Shown here piece by piece: positions 27,212-37,089 of a DNA stretch of 64,000 nucleotides. Origin of the DNA: Candidatus Spongiihabitans sp. Lineage in GTDB: Bacteria > Pseudomonadota > Gammaproteobacteria > Arenicellales > Poriferihabitantaceae. The notes under the pieces were generated by a model, which did no database searches, was not told where the DNA came from, and saw nothing but the letters and a program-made list of their open reading frames with translations. The stretch spans positions 196,938 to 260,937 of the forward strand of contig NZ_OZ252047.1 in assembly GCF_965247905.1 (NCBI RefSeq), read 5' to 3'. The position numbers and the translations under genes are program-made. Position 1 is the stretch's first letter. Every line of letters starts with the position of its first letter.

Positions 27212-29089
27212 TCAGCCCTTGCCGCGCCAGGGAATGGAGCGATGGATAATGCGCCGCATGACCAAATCAAACATTAAGCCAAGCAGGCCCAGAAGCAAAA
27301 TGGTCATCCAGATGATTTCGTAGTCGGATTGTTTGCGTGCGACATTTTCTACGAAGCCGATGCCGGTTGTGCCGGCCAGCATTTCCGCCGCAACCAGCGT
27401 GCCCCAGCACACGCCGATGGCGATGCGGATGCCGGTTAAAATTTCCGGCAGGGAGTTGGGCAGGATGACTTGCCAGACGATTTGTTTTTTGCTGGCACCC
27501 AGCGAATGTGCCGCGTGTATTTTGGATAGTTGCGTGCCGGTGGCGCCGGTGCGCGCGGAAATTACCATGATGGCGAACGCCACCATGAACAACAGAAATA
27601 TTTTGCCGTCGTCCTGAATGCCGAATATGGTCAGCACCAGCGGCGCCCAGGCGAGCGGCGGGATGGGTCGGTAGAGTTCGATGAGCGGGTCGAAATAGCC
27701 TTTGGCAAAACGCGAAAGCCCCATGAATAATCCCAGCGGCACGCCCAAAATAATTCCGAAGAACAAGCCGGCCAATACCCGCAAAATGGAATCCCAGATG
27801 TGACCGGTCGGAATCGGCAACGACGGCGATGCGTAATTGCCGGTGACCACGTTATACACCGCGCCTTTGAAATTATTGGAAATGTTTCCGGCAACATCGT
27901 GGCGCGGATACTCGCCGGGAATCAGGTCGGCGAGCCAATCGGGTAGCAAAAAGCCAAGCATCTCCGAGACCGGTTTCATTTTATACCACAGCAACGGAAT
28001 GCCCTTGTAACCGACATCCGGGTCGGCCAGGCGCACGAAAGTTCGAAGCGTGTCCGAAGGTTTTGGCAGCCAGCGTCCCGAACCTTGCTCGGAACACGCA
28101 CGATTGCCGGCCAGGATTTCGCCGCCGGGCATTGCTAGTGCGTTGATGTAGCGAAGGCTACCTTGCAGACGCTTCTGCTCATGATCCAGCGCAATTAATG
28201 CTTGCTCGACGGTGTATGTCATCTGCGGCGGAAAAATTCTGCCGTCATCAATGCGCTTGTAGATTCTGTCGATTTGTTTCAGTAATTGTTTGCGTTGCGC
28301 ATCGTTGTTGTCTGTGCTCTGGAAATTTTTGTAACGCGTTTTGATGGCTTCAAGTTGCGCGGTAATCGTCGCACCATCGTTGCGAATGGCGACGAAGTCA
28401 TCGGAAATTTCCACCAGCATCCGACTGGCGGCATCAAACACGCGACCGCGCTCGGTGCGCGATAGCGGCGGCAACTCCACGCTGGTCTCGCCCCAGGCCG
28501 GTTGCGCCTGCGCTTTGGCATTCTCGGCTTCATCCACCGCGCCCGGATAGCCGTCCGTGCTCATGTCAATGGTCAACTGGCGGATGCGCACGGCGATGTC
28601 GTCGAACCGCCCGGCCAATGACGGCTCGCTCATTTGGGGATTTGACTGCGCCGCCAACGCATCGCGCATAGCAGAAATAATAGACTGCAATTCGACTCGG
28701 TCGGCGTCATTGAAATCAATTTGCGCCAATTGTTTTTCCAACGATGTGATTTGCGCGTAATCGCGTTGCAACAATTTGGTGCCGCTTAACAAACGATCAT
28801 CGAGCGGGAAGGCCGAGCGAATCGGATTAATCGCACGATTGAGTTTAGCAACCTGACATAATTCATTTCCGGCGAGGGGAAAATAAGAGCGCGCCGCGTC
28901 CCAGGAGAAATAAAACCAGACGAGCAGAATGGTCGATACGCCGGCGATAATCCAGTGCCATCCGCCCAACGCACGGCTCGGGTTGCCGAACACCGCATCG
29001 GTTTTTTCGGTGCGGATGAGGCGTCGCCCATACACGATTGACCCGATCAAAAGGGCGATTAAGACGATGAATAGTATGCCGACGATCAT
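27212..29089 (-). CDS. ABC transporter permease (NitT/TauT-type) with an N-terminal extension of about 370 aa
   Basis: The C-terminal roughly 250 aa is a BPD-type permease (LRVLAGLFFGIILGVPLGL..., AHSLGASKKQIVWQVILPNSLPEILTG). The N-terminal part has 2 TM helices and a long helical soluble region. Confidence 0.8.
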   Translation of the reverse strand: MIVGILFIVLIALLIGSIVYGRRLIRTEKTDAVFGNPSRALGGWHWIIAGVSTILLVWFYFSWDAARSYFPLAGNELCQVAKLNRAINPIRSAFPLDDRLLSGTKLLQRDYAQITSLEKQLAQIDFNDADRVELQSIISAMRDALAAQSNPQMSEPSLAGRFDDIAVRIRQLTIDMSTDGYPGAVDEAENAKAQAQPAWGETSVELPPLSRTERGRVFDAASRMLVEISDDFVAIRNDGATITAQLEAIKTRYKNFQSTDNNDAQRKQLLKQIDRIYKRIDDGRIFPPQMTYTVEQALIALDHEQKRLQGSLRYINALAMPGGEILAGNRACSEQGSGRWLPKPSDTLRTFVRLADPDVGYKGIPLLWYKMKPVSEMLGFLLPDWLADLIPGEYPRHDVAGNISNNFKGAVYNVVTGNYASPSLPIPTGHIWDSILRVLAGLFFGIILGVPLGLFMGLSRFAKGYFDPLIELYRPIPPLAWAPLVLTIFGIQDDGKIFLLFMVAFAIMVISARTGATGTQLSKIHAAHSLGASKKQIVWQVILPNSLPEILTGIRIAIGVCWGTLVAAEMLAGTTGIGFVENVARKQSDYEIIWMTILLLGLLGLMFDLVMRRIIHRSIPWRGKG

Positions 29090-29172
29090 GTGGTCGTTAG
29101 GTTGTCGTTCGATTGAGAGCGAGAATGACGGCGGCGTTGTTTTTAATTATTCTCATCATCCGGTCGCCCGGC

Positions 29173-29979
29173 TCACGCTATTTCCGCTTTGCCCATAATC
29201 TCTTCTTCCATATCCCAAATCATGGTCAAAATTTCTTCGCGGGTTTCGACAAACTGTTTGCTGTTTTTAATCTCACGCGGGTCTTCGCTCAACCCGCGTT
29301 TGGCAAACGGCAAGTGGTATTGTTTATGCAACCGCCCGGGTCGGGGTGCCATGACAAACAATCGTTCGCCAAGCAACAGTGCCTCTTCCACCGAGTGCGT
29401 GATGATCATGATGGTCTTGCCGGTTTCCTTCCAGATTTTCAGCACCAGCGCCTGCATCTTTTCACGCGTCAGCGCATCCAGCGCGCCCAACGGTTCGTCC
29501 ATCAAAATCAAGTCCGGGTCGTTAATCAAGCATCGTGCCAGAGCCACGCGCTGCTGCATACCACCGGACAACTGATAGGTCGGCGTGTCGCCAAACCCCT
29601 GCAAGCCAACGATGTCCAACCATTCTTCCACTTTATTCGCGGTTTCCACCGGGTCGGCATTTTTCATGCGCAAACCGAAGTCGACGTTTTCGGCAACGGT
29701 CAGCCATTCAAACAACGCGCCTTGTTGAAACACCATGCCGCGGTCAACACCCGGACCCGCGATTTCGCCATCGTTCAGCACAAACTTTCCATCGGTCGGG
29801 CGAAGGAAGCCGGCGATGAGATTCAGCAAAGTGGTTTTGCCGCAACCGGAAGGTCCCAACACCGAGAGGAGTTCACTTTGCTTCAAAGTGAAACTGACAT
29901 CCTTGAGCGCGTGCACGTCCTCGCCATCGCCCATGTCGAAGACCATGCTGACTTTGTCGGCGACTAAATCACCCATCAT
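29173..29979 (-). CDS. ABC transporter ATP-binding protein (NitT/TauT family)
   Basis: Walker A GPSGCGKTT, signature LSGGMQQRVALAR, Walker B LILMDEP. Confidence 0.9.
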   Translation of the reverse strand: MMGDLVADKVSMVFDMGDGEDVHALKDVSFTLKQSELLSVLGPSGCGKTTLLNLIAGFLRPTDGKFVLNDGEIAGPGVDRGMVFQQGALFEWLTVAENVDFGLRMKNADPVETANKVEEWLDIVGLQGFGDTPTYQLSGGMQQRVALARCLINDPDLILMDEPLGALDALTREKMQALVLKIWKETGKTIMIITHSVEEALLLGERLFVMAPRPGRLHKQYHLPFAKRGLSEDPREIKNSKQFVETREEILTMIWDMEEEIMGKAEIA

Positions 29980-30005
29980 CGCGCTTGGCTAATTTGTGCG
30001 GGGGT

Positions 30006-30040
30006 AAAAAAAAGGTGACAGGCTCTCATAACCTGTCACC
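30006..30040 (-). terminator. Rho-independent terminator/attenuator between the SBP and ATPase genes
   Basis: On the minus strand, GGTGACAGG-TTATGAGAG-CCTGTCACC is followed by T8. It lies 23 nt after the SBP stop. Confidence 0.6.
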
Positions 30041-30062
30041 AGTAACCGCAACCGCGATCCGA

Positions 30063-31034
30063 TTACTTCAGGAATGAAGTATCGATGACCGCACTGTAGT
30101 CTTTTAGCGCGGGATTTTCCGGCGTTGCGAACGCCGAGCCGACAAAGTTAATCGCGGTGTCGGCCACCCCGCCCTTGTTGAAATAGTCGTCCAACTGTTG
30201 TTGAGGCGTTGGAAAGCCGAAAGACGCCATCTGGTTGCGCGCGTCTTCAACCGACATACCGGCATCTTTGGCGATGACACCGATCTTTGATTGGTCTTTG
30301 GCGAAAGCGGCGTTGGCTTCGTGGGTCACTGCCAGGAAAGTGCGCAACTGCTCCGGGTTTTCCTGAAGGAATTTCTCGGTGACGGAAACCACATCAAAAC
30401 TTACGATGTCCACCGCGGCTTTTTCTTCATTGGTCATCAAAACTTTGCCGTGTTCTTTGGCTTTTTTGGTGGAGTTGCCGCCGAAGATGCAAGCCATGAC
30501 GACATTGCCATCGGCCAGTGAAGTTACCGCGGCCTCCGGCTCCTGGTCGACCACTTTGATTTTGGAAACATCCACGTTTAACGCTTTCATCATCCCGCGA
30601 AAACTGTAATCGGCCATGGTATTGAGCGGCACCGCCACGGCCTGACCTTCCAGTTCGTTGGCGTTCTCTTTGCTGATGCCGGAACCGTCTCGCACCACGC
30701 AGTCGTTTGCCGGATAGCGCATGGCAATCGCAACCAGTTTGATCGGCGCGCTGGCATTGACCGCGTTGATGAACGGCGCAAGACCCTGACTGTAGGAAAT
30801 GTCAATGTCGCCGGCCAGCATCGCTTCGGTCATGGCGGTGCCGGTGTCAAAGTTGGTCCAGTTGACATCAACGCCCAGAGCGTCGTCGTAAGCCTTTTCA
30901 ACTTTGGGTATCTGGTTGGGCGTCGCCCACTCCAGGAAGAATGCCACGTTGACATCGGCCAGAGTGGCGGAGGCCAAGGTGGCGGCAACCGCCGCAGCGG
31001 CAACGCGAGTGGAGATTTTTGTTACGAATTTCAT
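30063..31034 (-). CDS. ABC transporter periplasmic substrate-binding protein (NMT1/TauA-like)
   Basis: Signal peptide MKFVTKISTRVAAAAVAATLASATLA, then a TauA/SsuA-like fold pattern (W..F.TG......AGDIDISYSQG). The Met at 31034 is preferred to the track start at 31106. Confidence 0.8.
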   Translation of the reverse strand: MKFVTKISTRVAAAAVAATLASATLADVNVAFFLEWATPNQIPKVEKAYDDALGVDVNWTNFDTGTAMTEAMLAGDIDISYSQGLAPFINAVNASAPIKLVAIAMRYPANDCVVRDGSGISKENANELEGQAVAVPLNTMADYSFRGMMKALNVDVSKIKVVDQEPEAAVTSLADGNVVMACIFGGNSTKKAKEHGKVLMTNEEKAAVDIVSFDVVSVTEKFLQENPEQLRTFLAVTHEANAAFAKDQSKIGVIAKDAGMSVEDARNQMASFGFPTPQQQLDDYFNKGGVADTAINFVGSAFATPENPALKDYSAVIDTSFLK

Positions 31035-31148
31035 GAATGATTCCTCGTGATGATGGATGAAATGATTAACTGGAATGGCCGCTACTATTAACATCAAGCG
31101 GCTCAATTTTGCCGAGTATAGGGAATTGTCCGCCCGATGGCAATATGA

Positions 31149-32275
31149 TGTCCGGGTTCACCACCTATGAGACAAAATCAGGCAACCAAGGCAGGTTGCT
31201 GATAGTACGCCATCGGCGTCATTAAATCCAAACTATCGTGTGGCCGGTAATGATTATAGGTCCATTGGTAATGAACCAGTTCCTGGTTGATCGCGGCTGC
31301 CGTCAACGCTCCTTCATACAGCGGGCAGAACTCATAACGGCTGGTGCCATTGGCTCGCTCAACGCAACCATTCCATTCCGGCTTTTTAGGCGGCAACGCA
31401 ATAGAGGCAGGTCCAAGGCCTCGCAGGCTTGCTCAAACTCATCCCGAAACTCACTGCCGCCATCGACCTGTATCGAGCGGATTTTGAACGGCGCTTGTTC
31501 GATAAGGCAGATCAAAAAGTCTTTGGCGTTCCTGCTGGTCGCGCGGCTATAGGCTTTTAAGGCAACAAATCCGGCAGCCGGACAGGCTGCCTTGAACTCT
31601 TTGATGCTAAAGCCCGCTGGTAGTCCTACGCTCATGTGGTCAATCTGCACCCGCTCGCCTGGCCGCCTGGCGCGCATCCCATATGTCCAGCGCTTGGCGT
31701 GGTGCTTGAACTGGCAGCGGCATTTCGGCTTGACCCGCCCATAATAAAATGCCGCCGGCTTGACCCGCTTCAAGCGCACCAGCCGGTCCAGGATGCGCCC
31801 AACCGTGCTGATGCTGAGAAGCAGACCCCGATCCCTGAACAACACCTTCCAGAGCTTGCGTTTGCCCCACAACGGATAACGCTTGCGCAAGTGCAACACT
31901 TGTTGCTCCTGCTGCGCTGTCCATTGTCGACCGCGCACACGCTTCGGACGACGGCTTTGGCTTGCCAAGCCACGCCAGCCGTGCCGCCGGTAACGCCCTA
32001 GCCAACGGTAGTAGGTCGCCTTCGACCAGCCGATGGTTTTCAGGCATACGTCGTGCAACCTGCTGATTTGAGCTCGGCATAGAGTTCCAGTTTCTTTATT
32101 CGGGCGATGGCGGGTTCACTGGCGGTGTCGGCAATCGCCTGACTGCGGTATGATTTGATACGCAGGCTTTTTATCTGCATCGGGTAGTCTCCTGTGATTT
32201 AAGTGAATTGATTTCACCTTAGACTACCCGATTTTCTTAACTAATGAAGTCTCATTTGTGTCTGAGCCTGGACAC
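31149..32275 (-). mobile_element. IS481-family element, full length
   Basis: Imperfect TIRs: TGTCCGGGTTCACCACCTATGAGAC (31149...) versus the reverse complement of GTCTCATTTGTGTCTGAGCCTGGACA (...32275). A DDE integrase-type transposase lies inside. Confidence 0.8.
31178..32058 (-). pseudogene. IS481-family transposase, frameshifted
   Basis: The coding sequence is split between the 251-aa ORF (31303-32058) and the 72-aa ORF (31178-31396, ...NGCVERANGTSRYEF...YNHYRPHDSL) in different frames. Confidence 0.7.
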
Positions 32276-32488
32276 GCCTGTTTGGGTTATCAATCCGGAT
32301 CGTTCTGTTTGCTTCTAGCATTTGCAGTCGGTGCGACGGCCAGATTGGTCGGGGATCGGCAACTGGCACTCATCACGGTGGACCGGGTTTCCAGTGCGTC
32401 ATAACCAGCCAACTGAATCCGGTCGTGGTCAATGGTCTCCGTCGGAATATCAAAAGGCGGCGAAATCCTTTAGTGAGACCACCATTCG

Positions 32489-33487
32489 TCAGTCCAGTTC
32501 TGTCAGGTTCACAGTGCGCCTTTGCTGCAACGACAACAACGCGGCTTCAGCAAGCATCAATGCCCGCAGGCCATCGTCCAGGCCTGGCAGCGTTACCGCT
32601 TCGCCCATCAAGCAGCGCACAAAACCATCCAGTTCAGCCCGGTAGGCGGCTGCGTAGCGTTCGCGAAAAGAAGACAATGTCTTGGCGCTGCGGACGCCAG
32701 ACTGGTTATACGCCACGACTGTATTTTCATTGACATTTTGCGCGACCAGCATGCCGTCGGAGCCATGCACCTCAATGCGTTGGTCGTAGCCAAAACTGGC
32801 GCGTCGGCTGTTTGAAATCTGCACCAGTTTTCCGCTCGCGCTAGTCATCGTGATGACCGCAGTATCCACATCGCCCGCTTCGCCGATCGCCGCATCCACC
32901 TGACAGGCGGCCTGGGCGCTGACGCTTATCATTTCCTCGGCTAACAGGAATCGAGCCATATCGAAATCGTGGATGGTCATGTCGCGGAACAGGCCTCCAG
33001 ACGTTTTAATGTACTCCACCGATGGCGGCGCCGGATCCTTGGAAATGATGCTCACCAGTTCCACCGCGCCGACGCCACCGGCCTCAACCCGTTGCTGCAA
33101 AGCCTGGAAGTCAGGATCAAAACGACGATTAAAGGCAACCATGATTTTACAGTTGCTTTGCGAAACGCGTTGCACACACTGCCGCGCTCGTTGCAGCGAC
33201 AGGTCGATGGGCTTTTCGCAAAACACATGCTTGCCCGCTGCGACCGCCTGCTCGATCAAATCGGCATGGGTATCGGCAGTGGAACAAATCAGAACCGCGT
33301 GAATGTCGTCGCGGGCAAAAATCTGTTGCGGCGTCATCTGTTCGCAGCCGAGTTCGCCGGCAAGCCGGTCTGCATTGACCTGCAAGGGATCGTAAAGCGC
33401 CGCTATCCGCGCATGACCGTTTTTGGCCACATTGCCGCCGTGGATCGAACCGATGCGGCCAGCGCCCAATAAAGCCATATTGATCAT
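32489..33487 (-). CDS. iolG: Inositol 2-dehydrogenase
   Basis: Gfo/Idh/MocA fold (LLGAGRIGSIHG, FCEKP). Located in an iol operon. Confidence 0.85.
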   Translation of the reverse strand: MINMALLGAGRIGSIHGGNVAKNGHARIAALYDPLQVNADRLAGELGCEQMTPQQIFARDDIHAVLICSTADTHADLIEQAVAAGKHVFCEKPIDLSLQRARQCVQRVSQSNCKIMVAFNRRFDPDFQALQQRVEAGGVGAVELVSIISKDPAPPSVEYIKTSGGLFRDMTIHDFDMARFLLAEEMISVSAQAACQVDAAIGEAGDVDTAVITMTSASGKLVQISNSRRASFGYDQRIEVHGSDGMLVAQNVNENTVVAYNQSGVRSAKTLSSFRERYAAAYRAELDGFVRCLMGEAVTLPGLDDGLRALMLAEAALLSLQQRRTVNLTELD

Positions 33488-33495
33488 AAATGCGC

Positions 33496-34395
33496 CTAGT
33501 CAACTATGGCATAACCGGCGGTTAATGCGACCTGCTTAAGCGCTTGGTAGCCGATGCAGGCGTATTCGTAAGGGTCGGCTTTTGCAGGATCCTGCTCGGC
33601 CTCGACGATGATCCAACCCTGGTATTTAATGTCAGCCAGCGCCTGCAACACCCGGTTATAGTCGATAATGCCGTCCCCAGGCACCGTAAAAACTCCCCTC
33701 AGCACGCAATCCAGAAAAGAGTCCTGCTCCCGGTCGACCGCTTTGAGCACTTCCGCACGAATGTCTTTGGCATGCACATGGTTGATGCGATGCCCGTAAC
33801 GTTCGATGACAGCAAGAATGTCGCCGCCGGCAAATAACAAATGCCCGGTATCAATCAACAGCCCCAGAGCATCTCCGGTATGGGCCATGGTCAGATCCAG
33901 CTCGCGTTCGGTTTCCACGCCGCTGCCCATATGGTGATGAAAAGCCAGCGCAACGCCCTGGCTGGCACAATACTCCGCTAGCCCGGTGAGTCGTTCCCCA
34001 TAGGCCGCAAACTCGGAATCCGGCAACACCGGCTTATTGACTAATGGCTCATTCTGGCGGTTCTGTACGGTGGCATAAGTTTCACCATAAACCAGCACCG
34101 GGGCTGCCAGAGCCGCATACAACTCGAGCTGCGGCGTGACCCGCTCCAGCTCATTCTTTAGCGTATTGTTAAGCAAAAGACCCGCATACCATCCGGACAC
34201 CAGCTTGAGATCGTGTTCGCTCAGCACCTTTTCGAGGGCTGCCTGGTCCTTGGGAAACTTGCCGCCAAGCTCGGTGCCGGTATACCCGGCCTGGCGAGTC
34301 TCTCGCAGACAGGTTTCAAGGGAAGTCTCGCCGCCCAATTGAGGCAGATCATCGTTAGACCATGAAATTGGAGACATGCCCAGTTTCAGCTGCAT
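33496..34395 (-). CDS. iolE: Myo-inosose-2 dehydratase
   Basis: The N-terminus LGMSPISWSNDDLPQLGG is the typical IolE signature. Xylose-isomerase-like TIM barrel. Confidence 0.9.
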   Translation of the reverse strand: MQLKLGMSPISWSNDDLPQLGGETSLETCLRETRQAGYTGTELGGKFPKDQAALEKVLSEHDLKLVSGWYAGLLLNNTLKNELERVTPQLELYAALAAPVLVYGETYATVQNRQNEPLVNKPVLPDSEFAAYGERLTGLAEYCASQGVALAFHHHMGSGVETERELDLTMAHTGDALGLLIDTGHLLFAGGDILAVIERYGHRINHVHAKDIRAEVLKAVDREQDSFLDCVLRGVFTVPGDGIIDYNRVLQALADIKYQGWIIVEAEQDPAKADPYEYACIGYQALKQVALTAGYAIVD

Positions 34396-34399
34396 CTTT

Positions 34400-35251
34400 T
34401 CACTGCGCTTTATTTAACAGCCATTCATGCGCCGGGTCATTGGCAAAACGCCATGCGCGAACCGGTCCGGCCATGACGTTAAGATAGTAGCTGGTATAGC
34501 CATGCGGCACGCCTACCGGGTGGTAGCCTTGCGGCACCAGCACGACATCCCGGTCCTCCGCGCTAACGGTTTCATCCAGACTGCGATTATCCGTATATAC
34601 CCGCTGATGGACATAACCGCTTGAGGGATTTAGGCGATGATAATAGGTTTCCTCGAGTTGGCTTTCCTCAGGCAGGGCATTTCTATCGTGCTTATGCGGC
34701 GGATAGGAAGACCAGTTCCCCGCAGGCGTGATCACCTCTACCACCAACAGACTATCGGCCGGTTGGCTTTCCGGCAGGATGTTGCGCACGTAGCGGGTGT
34801 TGGAACCTTGGCCGCGAACCTCCTGAGACATCATGGCTTCATCAATTATTCGCGCTGGTCCGCTATTACCCTGATTATTACTCTGGCCATTATTCCGGTC
34901 GTTATTCCGGTCGTTATTCTGGCCGGGAGCGCTGCACACCGCTAATTCCACCGCCGTATCGGCCAACACCTCGGCACTGGCGCCCGCAGGCACATAAACA
35001 ACGCCCGGAGCCTGTTCATCAAACACAGTGCTGCGACCACCCACGCCATTCCAGCGTTGTTCGCCCACCTTAACGCTGGCGCTGCCCGAGAGCACGACCA
35101 GACAGAGTTCGCGACCGGCCTGCTGCAGGCTCAGAGGCTGTCCCGCTTGAACATCATAAAGCTCAAATCCGACGTATTTCCAGCCAGCATTTTGCGGCGT
35201 AATCTGGTGCACTCGCTGTGCTTTGGCGGGCTTTATCAATAACCGACTCAT
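34400..35251 (-). CDS. iolB: 5-deoxy-glucuronate isomerase
   Basis: IolB signature NWSSYPPHKHD...LPEESQLEETYYH...GYHPVGVPHGYTSYYLNVMAG. The ATG at 35251 overlaps the iolD stop. Contains a low-complexity insert NNDRNNDRNNGQSNNQGNSG. Confidence 0.85.
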   Translation of the reverse strand: MSRLLIKPAKAQRVHQITPQNAGWKYVGFELYDVQAGQPLSLQQAGRELCLVVLSGSASVKVGEQRWNGVGGRSTVFDEQAPGVVYVPAGASAEVLADTAVELAVCSAPGQNNDRNNDRNNGQSNNQGNSGPARIIDEAMMSQEVRGQGSNTRYVRNILPESQPADSLLVVEVITPAGNWSSYPPHKHDRNALPEESQLEETYYHRLNPSSGYVHQRVYTDNRSLDETVSAEDRDVVLVPQGYHPVGVPHGYTSYYLNVMAGPVRAWRFANDPAHEWLLNKAQ

Positions 35252-37089
35252 TAGTAACCTCTTTCCTGTTGACGACTGACCACGGCTGATTTGTGCTTTT
35301 CCAATACTTCGTTGCGCACTGAAACTTCCGGAACTTCCACCTCCCACCAGCAACCCCCCGGTGAAGCCGGCAGCGGGTCAGTATCGATAACCACCACACT
35401 GACGCCAGCGCGCTTCGAAGCCGCGCTGACTGCGGCCTTGAGCGCTCCGATATTAGCCGCTTTTTCGGCATGAGCGCCCATCGCAGCGGCATGTGCGGCA
35501 AAATCGATTTCGGCCAGACCCTTATTATGCGTATCACACAGCAGATTGTTAAAATTGGCCCCGCCAGTGGCCATCTGCAACCGATTGATACTGCTATAGC
35601 CGCGGTTATCCAGAATGACAATCGTAATCTGCAGGCCCAGGCTCACCGCCGTGGCGACATCGGAATTCATCATCAGGTAAGAGCCGTCTCCGACCATCAC
35701 CACAACGTCACGCTCAGGTTCAGCCAGCTTCACGCCAACGCCGGCGGCGATCTCGTATCCCATGCACGAGTAACCGTATTCCAAATGGTATCCGCCCACT
35801 GCGACACTGTTCCAGTGCTTGTGCAGTTCAGCCGGCAAACTCCCCGCGGCCGCCACCACCACGGCATTGTCAGCGACGCTCTGGTTAACCGCGGCCACAA
35901 CCTGCGCGTCACTCGGGATGCTCGTGTCATTCGCGGCTGAGACAAGATTCTGCTGAATCCCGATCCATTCCGACCTGAGCTGATTCGCATGTGCAAGCCA
36001 GTCAGCGCTTGCGCGGTAGCCATCCAGATTTTCAGCTAGTGATTGCAATCCCAGTTTGGCATCGGCAACGCAAGGCATGGCGCGGTATTTGGCGGTGTCC
36101 ATGGGTTGCACGTTAAGTTGAACCACTTGGCACTTAAACAAACTGTTAGAGCCGGAAATGAAATCCTGCAAGCGGGTGCCGACCGCGAGCACCAGATCGG
36201 CTTCGCGTGCCAGCGTGTTGGCGCAGGCCACGCCGGTCACGCCAACCGCGCCGAAATTGAGGGGATGTTCAGCCGGCAAGGATGATTTGCCGGCCTGGGT
36301 TTCGATAACCGGTATCTGGTGGGTCATGGCAAAAACCTGCAATTCGGCCTCGGCACGAGAATAGCGCACTCCACCTCCGGCAACGATAACCGGTTTGCGA
36401 GCGGCCTTGATGGCGGCCAGTGTTTGTGCCAACTCGTAACGGTCGGGCGATTGTCGACGCAATGCCCATATTCTCTTTTCAAACAGGGCTTCAGGATAAT
36501 TGAAGGCTTGGCATTGCACATCCTGACAGATACTGATAGTGGCAGGACCGCACAGTGCGGGATCGGTCAGTACTACCATCGCTTTTGGCAGCGCCTGAAT
36601 TAACTGCTCGGGCCGAGTAATACGATGGAAATACCGACTCACCGGGCGGAAAACATCATTGACGGTAACACTGCCGTCGCTAAAGTCTTCGATCTGCTGC
36701 AAAACCGGATCCGGCAACCCCGATGCGAACACATCGCCGGGAATCAGCAAAACCGGAATTCGGTTTACGTGGGCCGAGGCGGCCGCGGTCACCATGTTGG
36801 TCGCCCCCGGACCGATTGAGGAAGTCGCCACCATCACCTGTTGACGCCGACGCGCCTTCGCAAACGCGATGGCGGCATGGGCCATGCCCTGTTCATTGTG
36901 GCCACGATAGGTCGGCAACTGATCCCGTGCCTGAAATAATGCCTCGCCAATGCCGGCCACGTTGCCATGGCCGAAGATCGCCCAGACACCGGCGAATAAA
37001 GGCGGCTCAGCGCCATCGTCGAGGCGCACAAATTGCTGGGTTAAAAATCGCAACAGGGATTGTGCGGCGGTAAGACGAATGGTTTTCAT
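35251..37089 (-). CDS. iolD: 3D-(3,5/4)-trihydroxycyclohexane-1,2-dione acylhydrolase (ThDP enzyme)
   Basis: 612-aa ThDP-dependent fold. The N-terminus RLTAAQSLLRFL...FGHGNVAGIGEAL is typical of IolD. Confidence 0.9.
   Translation of the reverse strand: MKTIRLTAAQSLLRFLTQQFVRLDDGAEPPLFAGVWAIFGHGNVAGIGEALFQARDQLPTYRGHNEQGMAHAAIAFAKARRRQQVMVATSSIGPGATNMVTAAASAHVNRIPVLLIPGDVFASGLPDPVLQQIEDFSDGSVTVNDVFRPVSRYFHRITRPEQLIQALPKAMVVLTDPALCGPATISICQDVQCQAFNYPEALFEKRIWALRRQSPDRYELAQTLAAIKAARKPVIVAGGGVRYSRAEAELQVFAMTHQIPVIETQAGKSSLPAEHPLNFGAVGVTGVACANTLAREADLVLAVGTRLQDFISGSNSLFKCQVVQLNVQPMDTAKYRAMPCVADAKLGLQSLAENLDGYRASADWLAHANQLRSEWIGIQQNLVSAANDTSIPSDAQVVAAVNQSVADNAVVVAAAGSLPAELHKHWNSVAVGGYHLEYGYSCMGYEIAAGVGVKLAEPERDVVVMVGDGSYLMMNSDVATAVSLGLQITIVILDNRGYSSINRLQMATGGANFNNLLCDTHNKGLAEIDFAAHAAAMGAHAEKAANIGALKAAVSAASKRAGVSVVVIDTDPLPASPGGCWWEVEVPEVSVRNEVLEKHKSAVVSRQQERGY

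Noticed and set aside
29113-29967. A 284-aa plus-strand ORF.
   Set aside because: It is entirely antisense to a well-supported ABC ATPase gene with clear Walker motifs. Its product is low-complexity and Arg/His/Gln-rich, which is typical of a shadow ORF.
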